A stretch of 64,000 nt of DNA. Origin: Antedon mediterranea (Eukaryota; Animalia; Echinodermata). The position numbers and the translations under genes were made by a program. The stretch lies in NCBI RefSeq assembly GCF_964355755.1, contig NC_092680.1, forward strand, positions 9,920,001 through 9,984,000, read 5' to 3'. A model generated the notes under the pieces. That model had not been told where the DNA came from. It ran no database searches and saw only the letters and a program-made list of their open reading frames with translations. Of the stretch, positions 1-11,580 are shown one piece after another; within the stretch, counting starts at the first letter, position 1; each line of letters begins with the position of its first letter.

Positions 1-593
1 CCTAATCAATAGGCATTATTTCGAACATGCAAACGTAGGCCTACTGTAATGCTGTACCTTCAATCTACCAATTAATACTGTCTGCTTCTTTCCTTGATAT
101 ACCAACATAATAGACTAGACCACTTGGCTTTAATCTAATAAATTTGTTTGACCAAGCAATAGAAGCAGAGTCGGTTAATGCTGATAAAGTACAATAGTAA
201 AGTAACAATATTATATAACCTAAAGAATGAAATAAAGGAAAGAATCCTTCAATCCCATTAGACCTTTACAAAGATGACACCATAGGTCTATGATACGGTG
301 TCAATAATAAGCAAGCACAGGTTCCAAAGTTAGTTAAATATCTCCTCATCGTTACCGTTTCTCATGTTCGAGTTTCGGTTGGGCTGACTTTTTCTCATTC
401 TCCTAGATTTCCTTATCTTATCGTTTCAAATTAATTTAATAAAGTTCAGTATATCACTGGGCGGTTTAGAATTAATGTTCTTTTGTCTGTTGTCTGTATA
501 TATATATGAAAGTATCTCATCGGAGATCCTGCTTCCAAATCCAAAGGCAAATTACTAAATCAAATGATAAAGTAAAACAGCCAGCAAAAGTTA

Positions 594-630
594 GCAGAGC
601 TTTCGGGAAACACTAGCCCTTCATCAGTGC
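594..630 (-). ncRNA. Minimal type I hammerhead ribozyme motif (Penelope-associated)
   Basis: Minus strand GCA-CTGATGA-A-GGG ctagtgttt CCC-GAAA-GCTC-TGC: conserved core, stem II, short stem I and palindromic AGCT in place of stem III. Confidence 0.65.
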
Positions 631-810
631 AAGTGAGGGAATTTGGATAAATTCATAGCATAAGAACTGACAAGTGCTGCCTGGGTGGATAGTAATAAAA
701 TAAATACAAACAAAAGAGACAGGGTGGTGAAGGGTGGCTGGAGACTGAATAAGAGTAGAAAACAAAGAAGGTAGCTTGGTAGAGATATAAACAATTTTGG
801 AATGGAACTA

Positions 811-1019
811 AAACAAGGCCAACAGCCATAAGTCGCGTGCTCTCAGAAAAAAATGAACTTTCAAAAAGTAATGTACATCAAAACAGTTCAAAAAGTACAG
901 AAAAGCGATAAAACGCATAGTGATACCGGACCGACAGACAGACCGATAGACCGACAGACCAACCGACAGACCGACCGACCGACATAGTGAACTATTGAGT
1001 CGCGTCCACGCGACTAAAA
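811..1019 (-). mobile_element. Short Helentron/DINE-like non-autonomous element with (GTCG/GTCT)n microsatellite
   Basis: Reverse complement starts TTTTAGTCGCGTGGACGCGACTC followed by a GTCG/GTCT tract; same family as 5501-6228. Inserted in the Penelope remnant. Confidence 0.55.
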
Positions 1020-3107
1020 CAGCTAAAATTGGTGGTTAATATTGAAACTTAAATTTCGGTAATCAATTATGGAATAATTTTACCGATCTAGGAGTATGTT
1101 CCTAATGTTAAGTCCAAAAGGTTTTGTGATTTTAAGAAGTAATTCACAGTGGTTTTCTTTGTCTTTGTTTTTTGTCGCTCCATTTGGCATCGTGGTCTAT
1201 TGCAATAACTCTGAAATTTGCAATCGAATTAAAATGTGCGGCTACAGGTTGATCAAGCTTTAATGTTTTGATAGCTGATCTGTGTTGTGTCATTCTCATA
1301 CGGAGAGTGTTTTTTTTTGTTTCCCCGACGTACTGTTTACCACAAATATTACAGTATATGAGATAAATGACGTTTTTGGTTAGACAATTAATTGATTTTC
1401 TTATCCGAAAAATGCAGCCAGTTTCGTTACTCTTAAAATTTCCAGTAGAATCAACCAATGAACAAGTTTTGCAGGATTTGCCGCAAAGGTTACTGCCCAA
1501 ATTTTGGCTGACATGAGAGTTAATTTCACTCTTAAAATTGTATCTGACTTATCACGAAGGGTGGGAGGTCTACGAAATGCAATAATGGGTGGTTCTGGAA
1601 AAACAGTCCTAATAGTCCGGAAGAGTAAAAATTGCCATCCAACTTTTCTAGACTAGAATTTTCCGTAGATTACGAATATTGAAGGTAATCGATCAGGATA
1701 GGAAGCGTTTTCGAGATATAAGGGGTCAATGTTCAAAATTGACCAATTACAACAATGTATTATGTATATGTATTATAACAAATTTATTGAAGCATAATTT
1801 GGTATTCTATTACATTTTTATGATTATAGGTGTCTATTCAATCACCTTATGAAAACTGTTGTGATTAAGGGTCAAATGTCAATATTGACCAATCATAGAA
1901 CCTACCTATAAAACCAAATAAAAACTAAGATTTAACAAAAATTGGATGTTCTCTCATCCTGTTAATCAAACGCAATGTAAAAGAGCGAATACATCATTCC
2001 ATCAATTGACATAAGGTCAATTTCATCAGTTGACATAAGGTCAAAGGTGAACAGTTTAATATGCATATCAATTCGATTTGATCTGCTTTTTTACGTTTGC
2101 AATATATAATTTTGGTTTTTATTTGTCTAGGTACTCAGATAACTGAGAATACTTAGTTATGTACTAGCCAGACTGTGCACCTTAAGTGGTGGTGGTAACT
2201 GTGGTCTGTCTTTGTAGTGAGTTGTGGATTCCAGTTTTTATTAGCCAATAAAAGTAAAAATCTAAAGCATTATTGACCAAGATTATAGATCTGAGTAATT
2301 GTGTTGTCAACTAGGGAAACAGGCAATATTCTCTTAATATTTTCAAAAGGGAAAGAAATCCTGATGGTCTCTTATGAAAGGTAATCATTGACATATTTGA
2401 AACATACAGTATTTGCAGAACTTGACAATGAAATACATAGTGACGAATCCAAGATCAGTAAATAGAAAAAGTTGGGGATCAGTGAATGGCCAGAGTCCCA
2501 GAGAAATTGTGAATTGAAATTAAAGGTGGGAGGATGGGGGTGGGCTGGGTCACCTGGATCTGCATATGCCCTATCCTGTGAATGAATTGGTATTCTCTGA
2601 TTCTGATGAATAGTAGTTTACGAATATTGTAGCTCTAATAAATGCAACTGTGTAGTGGTAAATCAGTGAAGGTCAGCGTCACAAATTACATCATAACACT
2701 TTAAATTTAACAGTCATAATATTAATGTTATTATTTATTTTACAGTATAATAATTCATTTAAAATAATGCCCACTAGAAAAATTATCAAAATACCATAAC
2801 TTCACAAATAACGTGATTACATTTATGACCATCGATCTCATAATTTGAATATCTTTGAATTATTTAGTATATCACTTGTAAAAATGTTAACCTTCGACCT
2901 ATGTCAACTGGTATAATGATGAATGTGCTCTTGAATGTGCTAAAACATTACATTTTGTCTTAAATGTTAGTTTTTATAGGCAAATTTTGTGAGTGTTCAG
3001 TATTGACATTTTACCTTTAATTGCAAAGTATTTGTTTATTAGGTTACTGAATAGATACATACAAATGTATTAATAGACTAAATTGAACTTCAATAAATTG
3101 GTTATAA

Positions 3108-4682
3108 CTAGATGGTACGCTCGCTTCGCTCGCGTACCATCTAGGTCGTGCCCACAGATGGTTCTCGAATACATAATGATTTCAGCGTTAAAAAACTGGC
3201 GATTTCAAATGTACAATAATGCAGGACAATAATACATGTTGTTTACAGGAACGAATAAATATACACTGTGATTTATGTACTCAACTAAAATTAGCACCCT
3301 GGGAATTACTTCCGAAAGAGAAACTTGTCACAAAATGAGACCAATTGTTTTAAAAGTCAGATTTAAACTAACTTATTTTGTGTTTTGTATGTAACATTAT
3401 GGTTGAGGGATGGGGAAAAATTTTTAATTATATTCTTTATTTTATAACGAAATATTGTAATGAAATTGTTTTCATGTTTTACAAATAATATACCACTAAA
3501 CACAGTAAAACATTGCGATGTAATACTTTGTTGAAACTATCACCGTCGTAGTCGATTGAAATAGTACAGTACATGTAACGATACACTACGACGTATGTTT
3601 ATATATAATGTTAAACAATTTGTTAAAACCACCTCTATTCGGGGAAAATCATAAATTCGATTTAATCGTCAATAAATATTAAATTATCTAACTCAACTTA
3701 ATTAGTAGGCCTAATGGTTTTCAATAGTTTCTTAGAGCCAATTCATAATTAAGTTGGTTCCTACCCTACCCACCAAAGTTGTTCTGCGTTTAGGGCATGT
3801 GATGCACCGTATAGGCTTATCCTCTACTGGCTTTACAACGCTACTCATGCCAGTGAGGGAAGGGTGATGATGTGGGTGGTTTAAATGCAATAATAAAGAT
3901 TTGTACATAATATACGGCGACTGAAACGCTAGCTCATTATCCGTTTAAAAAAAATTATATCCAACCTCTGCAGTACAGATTGGAAAAAAAATGGATCGAA
4001 TTTCTGTTATGAGTATACAGTACTTGCCTTTACGACGCCTGAGGGAATAGACACTTGTGTAACAGAGATTGGAATGTTCCATTCATCGCAAATCAATACA
4101 TTTATATTATACAAATAATGAATGTTTATGAGTGCAATGGTACAAATAATGGCACGAGGTGAATGATGAAAGGTTATATCAACGAGGCAAAGCCGAGTTG
4201 ATATAACCTTTCATCATTCACCAAGTGCCATTATTTGTACCATTACACGAATACAAAACATTCATTATTTGTTTTATATAACATCTAAATAAATTCTAGT
4301 TATTTGAAAAAAGTACTATTTAACGATCGTTGAATAGTGCGTACTATTGCACGCCATGTGACCCACATTCGTCCAATCAAATGACAGGAATTTATATAGG
4401 TGTTATATAAAAACGTATATTAAATCTATCAAAATAGTATTTTTTAAAGAAAATGGGCCTGTCTTCAACATTATGATGCTGTACTCGAGCTGTTCAACCG
4501 GTTTTCAGCCATTAAAAACAATTATCGTAGGAGGAGATAGGAAAATGCGAAGCATCCTCGTATAAGACGGACATCCATTAGACAGTGTATACCACGATCG
4601 AAAAACACCCCTATTTGGGGCAAATCGTTGAACCTAAATTCGTTTTTACCGAATTTTGCCCTTACGTAAATTTATATATAGA
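3108..4682 (-). mobile_element. Non-autonomous Helitron
   Basis: Minus strand begins TC(TATATATA) at 4682 and ends in a hairpin followed by CTAG at 3108. It sits between A and T with no TSD; removal restores GTTATAATACA as in the host-element copy near 5456. Confidence 0.7.
4107..4410. mobile_element. Palindromic non-autonomous element (L-L'-R'-R architecture), copy 1
   Basis: ~165-bp hairpin at 4111-4272. Same termini as 62299-63186. Empty-site version of its flanks at ~6880-7040. Confidence 0.65.
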
Positions 4683-4817
4683 TACAAATATATATATATA
4701 AGAATAAATCACTGTAAGTTATAGAAACAGTGCTCATATTCGGAACATGATCTCATAATCGCGTCGAGCGTGGCTCATTGGCGAAAGTTCCTGTATTTTT
4801 TAGTTGTATGAAAAAAT

Positions 4818-4888
4818 GTCTCTGGCGGGATTCGAACCTGAAACCTCTCGCTTACAGGGCGAGTATCATACCACTAGACCACAGAGCC
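4818..4888 (-). pseudogene. tRNA-Thr(TGT)-like sequence inside a repeat
   Basis: GGCTCTGTGGTCTAGTGG..CTCGC cctgtaa GCGAG..GGTTCGAATCCCGCCAGAGA then a T-run. A/B boxes present, but U33 is replaced and the T stem is mispaired. Confidence 0.5.
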
Positions 4889-5500
4889 ATATATGGTATT
4901 ATCACAGATTTTCACCCACCAGATAGATTCTCTCATACAACAAACGCCCTGACAATCAGTGGAGGCTTAACAAGTCAGAATAAATTATAATTGGTCATTT
5001 AGAACTTTGACCCCTTTCTCTCGAAAACTCTTTTTATCCTGATCGAAGTCTGATTTGATTAAATACAGTATTATAATTATATTATTCAAAATTATATTGA
5101 AATAACATAACTTTACTGATTAAATAATTTGATTACTTGTAAAACCATCGATATTATCACTTTGCATTTATTTGGTACCGGTAACTACGCATAGTAAAAT
5201 GTTGACCTTTTGCCTTATGTCAACTGATGGAATGATGTATTCGCTCTTTTACATTGTGTATGATTAACAGGATGAGAAAACATCAACATTTTTGTTAATT
5301 ACTTTTATATTTGGTTTTATAGGTAGGTTCTATGATTGGTCAATATTGACATTTGACCCTTATTCACAAAGGATCTTTTTCATAAGGTGATTGAATAGAT
5401 ACATAATAATACTAAAATGTAATAAAAGACCAAATTGTGCTTCAATATAAATTTTGTTATAATACATATACATAGTACATTGTTGTTGTAATACGGTCAA

Positions 5501-6228
5501 TTTTTAGTCGCGTGGAAGCGACTCTATAGTTCACTATGTCGGTCCGTCGGTCTGTCGGTCTGTCGGTCTGTCTGTCGGTCCGGTATCACTATGCGTTTTT
5601 TCGCTTTCTGACCTTATCTTGATATCAGTTTAATCTAGCTAAGTCAATTTTTCACAGTATATTCCTTATGGCCCAGGAATCGATGTGGTTATGTTTTCAC
5701 GGTGCGCAATAAAAAATTACGCGGTCTACGCACGATTTAACGAAATCACGTTTGTAATCATATCTTTTAATTAAATAAAATTTGGTACTCATAAATTTCA
5801 GGGCATAAATCATCATATGGCAATACAATTACGTGCGTAGTGCATGTAACGCATGCGTACGCGCGCTTAACATTTTCAAAATTTATTTTCGATGAAATAA
5901 TAGTACGTTTCAGGCAATTTTAAGCGTTTAAAAAATTGCCATGAGTGCGCAGATGTTTGCGCGCGCACTGCGCGTTAAATATTATTGCGCACTCTTTTTG
6001 CCCGATTTCTGTTTTCTTGACTTACTTTTCAACTCAAAATTACGTTATACGAGCACGTCAAAAGTGACAGGCTACGCACGTGTAAATTAAAAATATATAT
6101 ATAATATAACTGTTTTTAAACATTTCAACATTTTTAAACATGTTCAGTAATTTCGGTCAGTTGGTAGGTTGGTCGGTCGGTCGGTAAACACTAAGCACGC
6201 GACTGCAGCCATCTATATGGCTTTGTTA
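5501..6228 (+). mobile_element. Helentron/DINE-like non-autonomous element
   Basis: TTTTTAGTCGCGTGGAAGCGACTCTA hairpin, (GTCG/GTCT)n tract, subterminal inverted CACGCGACT and 3' GCCATCTATATGGC hairpin. Confidence 0.55.
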
Positions 6229-6331
6229 ACTTTGACTTCTTATATCTCAAAAACGCTTCCTATCCTGATTGATTGATTCCATATTCGCAATCTACCGAAA
6301 ATTCTGGTTTAGAAAAGTTGGATGGCAATTT

Positions 6332-6495
6332 GGGTTTCTCAGTAATAGCCCGTAATGAAGGCAACCTAGTGGTTGTAACCAATGGCACTCTGGTCGAAGT
6401 TGGCTGACGTGGTTTGTACGTCAGTGTTTGACATCGATGAATATCTTTTGCTTTCTTTATAGCAGTTTCGATGTATTCCTTCTTGTTAACGTGGG
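6332..6495 (-). mobile_element. Penelope-like RT/linker fragment
   Basis: Translates ..IETAIKKAKDIHRCQTLTYKPRQPTSTRVPLVTT..LPSLRAIT, the region upstream of the linker seen at 1500-1610. Confidence 0.55.
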
Positions 6496-6712
6496 CTTTA
6501 ATACCCACTATACGGATATTGTTTCTACGGGAAAACCGCTCACCTTTGTTTAATTCCGACTGCATGCTTAGTAGATTCCTTTTTAACTCGGTAATAGAAG
6601 TTTCAGTGGAAATTGAAAGTATTCATTCCTGTTGGCCTTTAAGCAAGGTTGTTAGGGAAGAACGAACAAACTGTTCAAAATCCTGTTCAGCAGTGGCACG
6701 TGTGTCCGGCAT
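6496..6712 (-). mobile_element. L1-clade LINE ORF1 5' fragment
   Basis: ..MQSELNKGERFSRRNNIRIVGIK resembles the ORF1p coiled-coil/RRM junction (SRRNNIRIVG). Contains an in-frame stop. Confidence 0.55.
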
Positions 6713-7232
6713 AGGAAAATTTCGATTCAAATGGCAACCAAAAAAGGTTAATACGTATTTACAATATTGTCAAAGTATTGCAATACTATCAGTTGTATGT
6801 TTATTCTCCAAGGGCCCATACATTTACCTACTTGTGTTAAACCAAGGGCTCATTAATTTACCTACAAACTGGGAGTCTGAGAGATTGGAATGTTCTATTC
6901 ATCGCAAATCAAAACATTTGTATAAACGTATATTAAATATATCAAAATAGTATTTTTTTAAGAAAACTGGACTGTCTTCAACATTATGATATTGTACTCG
7001 AGCTGTTCAACCGGTTTTCAGCTATTAAAAACAATTATCTAATTATTATTATTATTATATCTAATCTGCAGACAGTACTGTTTCGATCTTATTAGATCTC
7101 GATATTAACTGAGATTAAAAGTGCATTTTGAACATCCAAAATATATAAACACTTAGCACTGAGAATACTTGATACTTAGTACTTCAAATAACTGATGGCA
7201 CCAGCACATTCATTAAGAGTCTGTTAGAAAGC

Positions 7233-7341
7233 TATACAAAAGGAAGATCACAAACTCACAACCTCCAATTCCTGTTTGTAGTCCGAGTAGGCGCGCCTGC
7301 AAATTATTTTACAATAGTTTCTGTGCACGTTCTTTGTTGGG
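7233..7341 (+). promoter_or_regulatory. Putative core promoter and non-coding exon 1 of cationic protein gene 1
   Basis: TATACAAAAGGAAGATCAC aligns with TATAAAAGAAAGATCAC of the paralog. Donor G|GTAAGT at 7342; acceptor TTCAACAG|AATCATG at 7568. Confidence 0.55.
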
Positions 7342-7572
7342 GTAAGTGACATTAGTGTATTTTTAGCGTAGAGAATTAGTGCGAGTGTAAGTCAAGGAGC
7401 AAGTTTTATAGTTTTAATATACAGTAGTTTTAAAATAGGTCTTCTGGAATACAACGAGCGTGTTACGTTATTTACATATTTTTCTGTTCGTGGAACGTTT
7501 CACTAAACACATAAAACAAAAGTTTCTATGTTTTTTTCAATTCTTTACTTTTTGTCGTCTTTCAACAGAATC

Positions 7573-8601
7573 ATGTGGTGGGTTCGAGTTGTTCTGTTAT
7601 CTGTATTGTTCTTGGTAGCTGTGAAAGGAGATTCAGAATCTGTCAAAACCGAAGAAAGTGGAATCACAACAGTTTCACGACCTGATATCAACTTAGATGT
7701 AAAAACGGACTCATCGATTGTTAGTCCCCAAAATATTATCACATCAAATGCAACATCGGATAAAGTAAAGTTATGCTGTAGACGGAGACGGCGGCGGTGC
7801 TGTCGCCGCAGGAGACGATGCTGTCGAAGACGTTGCCGTTGCAGAAGACGTCGACGTTGCCGATGCAGAAGACGACGTTACCGTTGCAGAAGACGTCGAC
7901 GTTGCCGCTGCAGAAGAAGACGTTACCGTTGCCGAAGACGTCGACGTGTCCGATGCAGAAGAAGACGTTACCGTTGTCGAAAACGTCGACGTTTCCGATG
8001 CAAAAGACGACGTTACCGTTGCAGAAGACGAAGACGGGGAACTAGACCTATCACTCGTCCAATCAGAAGATTACCAACCAACATTTACTATACGTTTAGC
8101 CAAAACACATTGTACTGTAATACCGGACGGGGCAGTAAATTCCGCGTACGTTATAGATGGGGTAGTGGACGATTGTTTGCATACGTTCAAGGAAGATGGC
8201 AATTGGTGCGTAAATATGGTCAATATGGCGCAAAGTATACATTTAATGGAAGCCAATTTGTTATTAGTGGTCACTGGCGTCCTGTTTTTTATTTCTCTTG
8301 GAAGGGAAGAGTGCTCTATTTAAGATTTCGCTGTGGGAGACAAGTTGGCCATTATCACGTACGTTACAGATGGCGTGGACGCACTTTATACTACTTCGAT
8401 GGTGGTAGATGGTTTACTGTTAGTAAATACAGTAAAGATGGTGTAGTTTACTGCTATAGTAATGGTCGCTATGCGCAAAATCCTTCGTCATCATCATCGT
8501 CGTCATCGACCCAAACTTACACAACATATACCAATAACGATTCCAATCCTGTAGTCACTACTACCACCACCACCACTAAACGTGAATACGTCCCTGAATA
8601 G
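7573..8601 (+). CDS. Secreted Arg/Cys/Tyr-rich cationic protein, paralog 1 (342 aa), family unrecognised
   Basis: ATG 4 nt after a splice acceptor; signal peptide MWWVRVVLLSVLFLVAVKG; 48-aa acidic pro-piece; (RRRR[Y/-]RC)n tract; two ~70-aa aromatic/Arg repeats; Ser/Thr tail; AATAAA at 8706. Collinear paralog at 16308. Confidence 0.85.
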   Translation: MWWVRVVLLSVLFLVAVKGDSESVKTEESGITTVSRPDINLDVKTDSSIVSPQNIITSNATSDKVKLCCRRRRRRCCRRRRRCCRRRCRCRRRRRCRCRRRRYRCRRRRRCRCRRRRYRCRRRRRVRCRRRRYRCRKRRRFRCKRRRYRCRRRRRGTRPITRPIRRLPTNIYYTFSQNTLYCNTGRGSKFRVRYRWGSGRLFAYVQGRWQLVRKYGQYGAKYTFNGSQFVISGHWRPVFYFSWKGRVLYLRFRCGRQVGHYHVRYRWRGRTLYYFDGGRWFTVSKYSKDGVVYCYSNGRYAQNPSSSSSSSSTQTYTTYTNNDSNPVVTTTTTTTKREYVPE

Positions 8602-9234
8602 AAAAGCTATATAGAACTATAGCGTGAGAACCATCACGGCGTTAAGCCGTAGTATTACAGTATCCCGTGTTCTTTATAGTATATTAGAAAATAATTATGA
8701 ACTACAATAAATATGAAAAAATGCAATTATTTATCGAATTGTAATTTGTTTTTTTTGTAATTTAGTATACATTTGAGTAGGCCTACACAAAATGCCAATG
8801 TACGCTTCTTTATTTTATTGTTCCGTCACCAAAAACAACAAAAAAGACCAAATAATTATATTATTCATTTCGTTGTTCCATTAATTTTAGGAAAATAAAG
8901 ACATACAAGACAACCTAGAACATAAGAAGAAGTTTAAAAATTCACATGACAGATTCCTGCAGAGAAATGAATTACTATAAAATGTAGTTGGAAAGGAAAT
9001 ATTATTAAAACACAATCATCATCGAATTCATCTGATTCAATGATTTATTTTCCTTCCCTTCAATGAAGTTTATTTTTTATAGGCATTCAACAGCGAGTAA
9101 TTTGCCAATTGCAGGATAGATACACGATTTTTATAATTTATAATGCTTATAAACTAAAGCTTTGTCAACATTATCAAACTAGTTTGACATGAAAAGTATG
9201 ATTTGCCCAAATATGGTGGAGATATGCCCAAATA

Positions 9235-9709
9235 CACTGTAAAAATAGTGTTTAGATCTTAAACACCTATTTTGTACCAACTTTTTCCACACGTTTAGCT
9301 TTTAGACACGAGTTACATGTTTAGGGTGTTTAAAAGCTAAGCGTGTTTATAGCTACATGTTGTTTTCCTCCACTTGACTAATGTCAATATTATGTTCAAT
9401 TACTCCACATGTTTAGCAGTCAAAATGTTTAGGTATGTGTTTAGCGTTGCGTGCATACGATTTTACTGTGGTGGAAAAAAGCTCCACACATGGCAAATTA
9501 AACACGTTTAAAACCTAAACTTGTCTTCATACTGCTCCACATGTTTAACAATCAATACGTCACTGATGTGTTGAGTTGGATACAGACTACATGTTTAGAA
9601 TGTGTTTAGAACCTAAACATGTTTCACATCTAAACATGTTTAAGGCTAAATGTGTGGAAAAAGTGGGTACAAAATAAATGTTTAAGATCTAAACACTATT
9701 TTTAAAGTG
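9235..9709. mobile_element. MITE with CACT.. termini nested in a Harbinger-like MITE (~9157-9800)
   Basis: TIR CACTGTAAAAATAGTGTTTAGATCTTAAACA / TGTTTAAGATCTAAACACTATTTTTAAAGTG, flanked by TA. Host flanks resemble 20936-21135. Confidence 0.65.
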
Positions 9710-9847
9710 TATAGTAGTGTTATCATCATCATGCCCATATGTATATGGGCACATCATATGTTTTTGTTGTCACATAAAGTTTGATAGTGTATAAAAGGCA
9801 ATTTCATTTAAGGATTATACTTTGGTACAAATCTCCGCCTTGGATAC

Positions 9848-11580
9848 CTTTTTTTTTCTCTTTTGTGGCGCAAACACCACTTTTATTCACATTCATATTA
9901 TCTCATATTACATAAAATCGTATTATTTAACTTGTAAATGTCGTTACAGTTCATAAGTAACATTTTTACATATATGAATTCTGTATTACTCCTTTTTTCA
10001 TTAATTTTCTTATATTTTGTTATACACTTGACAGGATCATCATTATCATCTATCCCGTTTTAAAATAGTTCACACATTTTCATTTGTTTGTTTTCATTTT
10101 ACAACCCGGATTATACAATATATTTATATACATGATAAAAAAAAACAATAATAGCTCAGTACCACCAGTAACCCGTATCACTGTAATTCCTTTTCGGTTA
10201 ATCGTATCAAGTTAGAATTTATATTATCATAATCTTATTTCTTAAAGCTACCCATTTTTCTATACTTGTTTCTTTATTGTTATATGTTTCACATTCAATG
10301 TTATATAACATATTGCTTTTAAATGAATTCCATAAAGATTTACCCACTGGCTTATTTAGTGCAGATAACATTTTTATTCTATAAATAGTAAATGCTGCAA
10401 AAGTGTAAATATAATCTATTAGCTTATCTCCCGTTCCTAGTATTAATTGTTTAAATGATATATTATTGTGATTTAAACTTACAAAGATACTAAGCATTTT
10501 CCTCCAATATTTCTGAATAAACTACAACTAAAAAACAAATGATTTTCATTTTCAATTTCTCCACATTTGTCACACGTTTGTGTTTCCTTAACTTTCCACT
10601 GATACAGCCGTTTGTTGGTAGGCAGTATTCTATGTAACATCTTATAACTGAATTGTGCTAGTTTCTTATCTTTCATTTTACATACTTTCCGTAACCAAGA
10701 AGTTTTCCAATCAATGTTGTTATCATTGAAGTACTCTTCCCATTTTAGTTGTGACATTGGAATAATGAAATATTCTTTCACAAACCATGAGTATATTAGT
10801 TTGGTAGTATTAATCTCATACTTAGTCCCAACTACTTCATCATTATCATCACAATTGAAAATATCTACCTCCTTAATAATACGTTTCCATTGAATTGGTA
10901 TTGCCTTAATAATGCACAAAAATACTCTTTTAACCAGTTTGTTTTACATTGTAGTTTCACCAGTATTTCGTTCGATGTTAAAAAAGTGTTCTTATTAACA
11001 ATGTCTTTAATACTGATAATGCCACTGTCAATCCAATGCTTGTAGAAAAGCGTTTTTTTTTTAAGTTTAACGTAGTGGTTTCCCCACAGTTGCTCATTCA
11101 TTATATCGTTATAAGTTTCAGGTTTTTTTTTAGAGATTCTGTTATAATTTATGTAGGCTTTTATCATATTTTTGTAAAACAGTGGAATTTTATCAGAATT
11201 AACATCAATAATGTTATAACATGACATATTAAGTAAAACATTAACATCACATATTTTTTTAATATAATACATTGGAATATTTTTCCATTTAGCACCATCA
11301 TCATTCATAATTCTTTTTTACCAGCCACACATGAGTGCGTTAACATGAAAGAGTAAAATCAGGCATTTTAATGCCTCCCATCTCAACATCACCAATTAGA
11401 GTTTTTCTTTTTATCTTTTCCCTTTTATTGTTCCAAATAAAATTATATATTAGATTTGTAACTTGTGTATATACATATTTTGGAACATCAGTGATATTTG
11501 CAGCATATGTTAATTTAGATAGTGCAAGACTTTTCAGGATTATTATTCTACCAAAAATTGAGAGATTTCTAGCATCGCCT
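9848..11580 (-). mobile_element. Degenerate L1/Tx1-clade LINE 3' portion
   Basis: zf-RVT-like LAQFSYKMLHRILPTNKRL..CDKCGEIENENHLFFSC; upstream GRIIILKSLALSKLTY..FIW; frameshifts; AATAAA and A-tail (T-run at 9848). Confidence 0.8.

Larger units (their letters stand above)
535..1610 (-). mobile_element. Penelope-like retroelement 3' remnant (GIY-YIG endonuclease + 3' UTR/pLTR)
   Basis: ORF 1144-1500 has NVIYLIYCNICGKQYVGET..LRMRMTQHRSAI (GIY-YIG). Upstream on the minus strand reads FPEPPIIAFRRPPTLRDK, a typical PLE linker. The 3' part matches 47620-48160 and holds a hammerhead core. Confidence 0.8.
1612..6331. mobile_element. Composite long-TIR (foldback/MITE-like) DNA element, with nested insertions
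   Basis: Left arm AATTGCCATCCAACTTTTCTAGACTAGAATTTTCCGTAGATTACGAATA.. is inverted at ~6229-6331. Partial arms also lie at ~4990-5045 and 5200-5500. Related copy at 47020-48331. Penelope sequence resumes on both sides. Confidence 0.6.

Noticed and set aside
6260-6565. 101-aa ORF as a gene
   Set aside because: Chance in-frame fusion of an L1 ORF1 fragment and a Penelope linker fragment.
7528-7572. Upstream in-frame ATG extensions of both cationic ORFs (7528 and 16209)
   Set aside because: They lie in polypyrimidine-rich intron ends before conserved CAG acceptors; the signal peptides start at 7573 and 16308.
7769-8323. Overlapping +1 frame that turns the Arg/Cys repeat into an acidic (EDDVTVA)n protein, a possible charge-complementary partner
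   Set aside because: No good start or signal peptide, the equivalent frame in paralog 2 is broken by TAA near 16584, and substitution patterns favour the Arg frame. Most likely a by-product of CGN/AGA codon runs.
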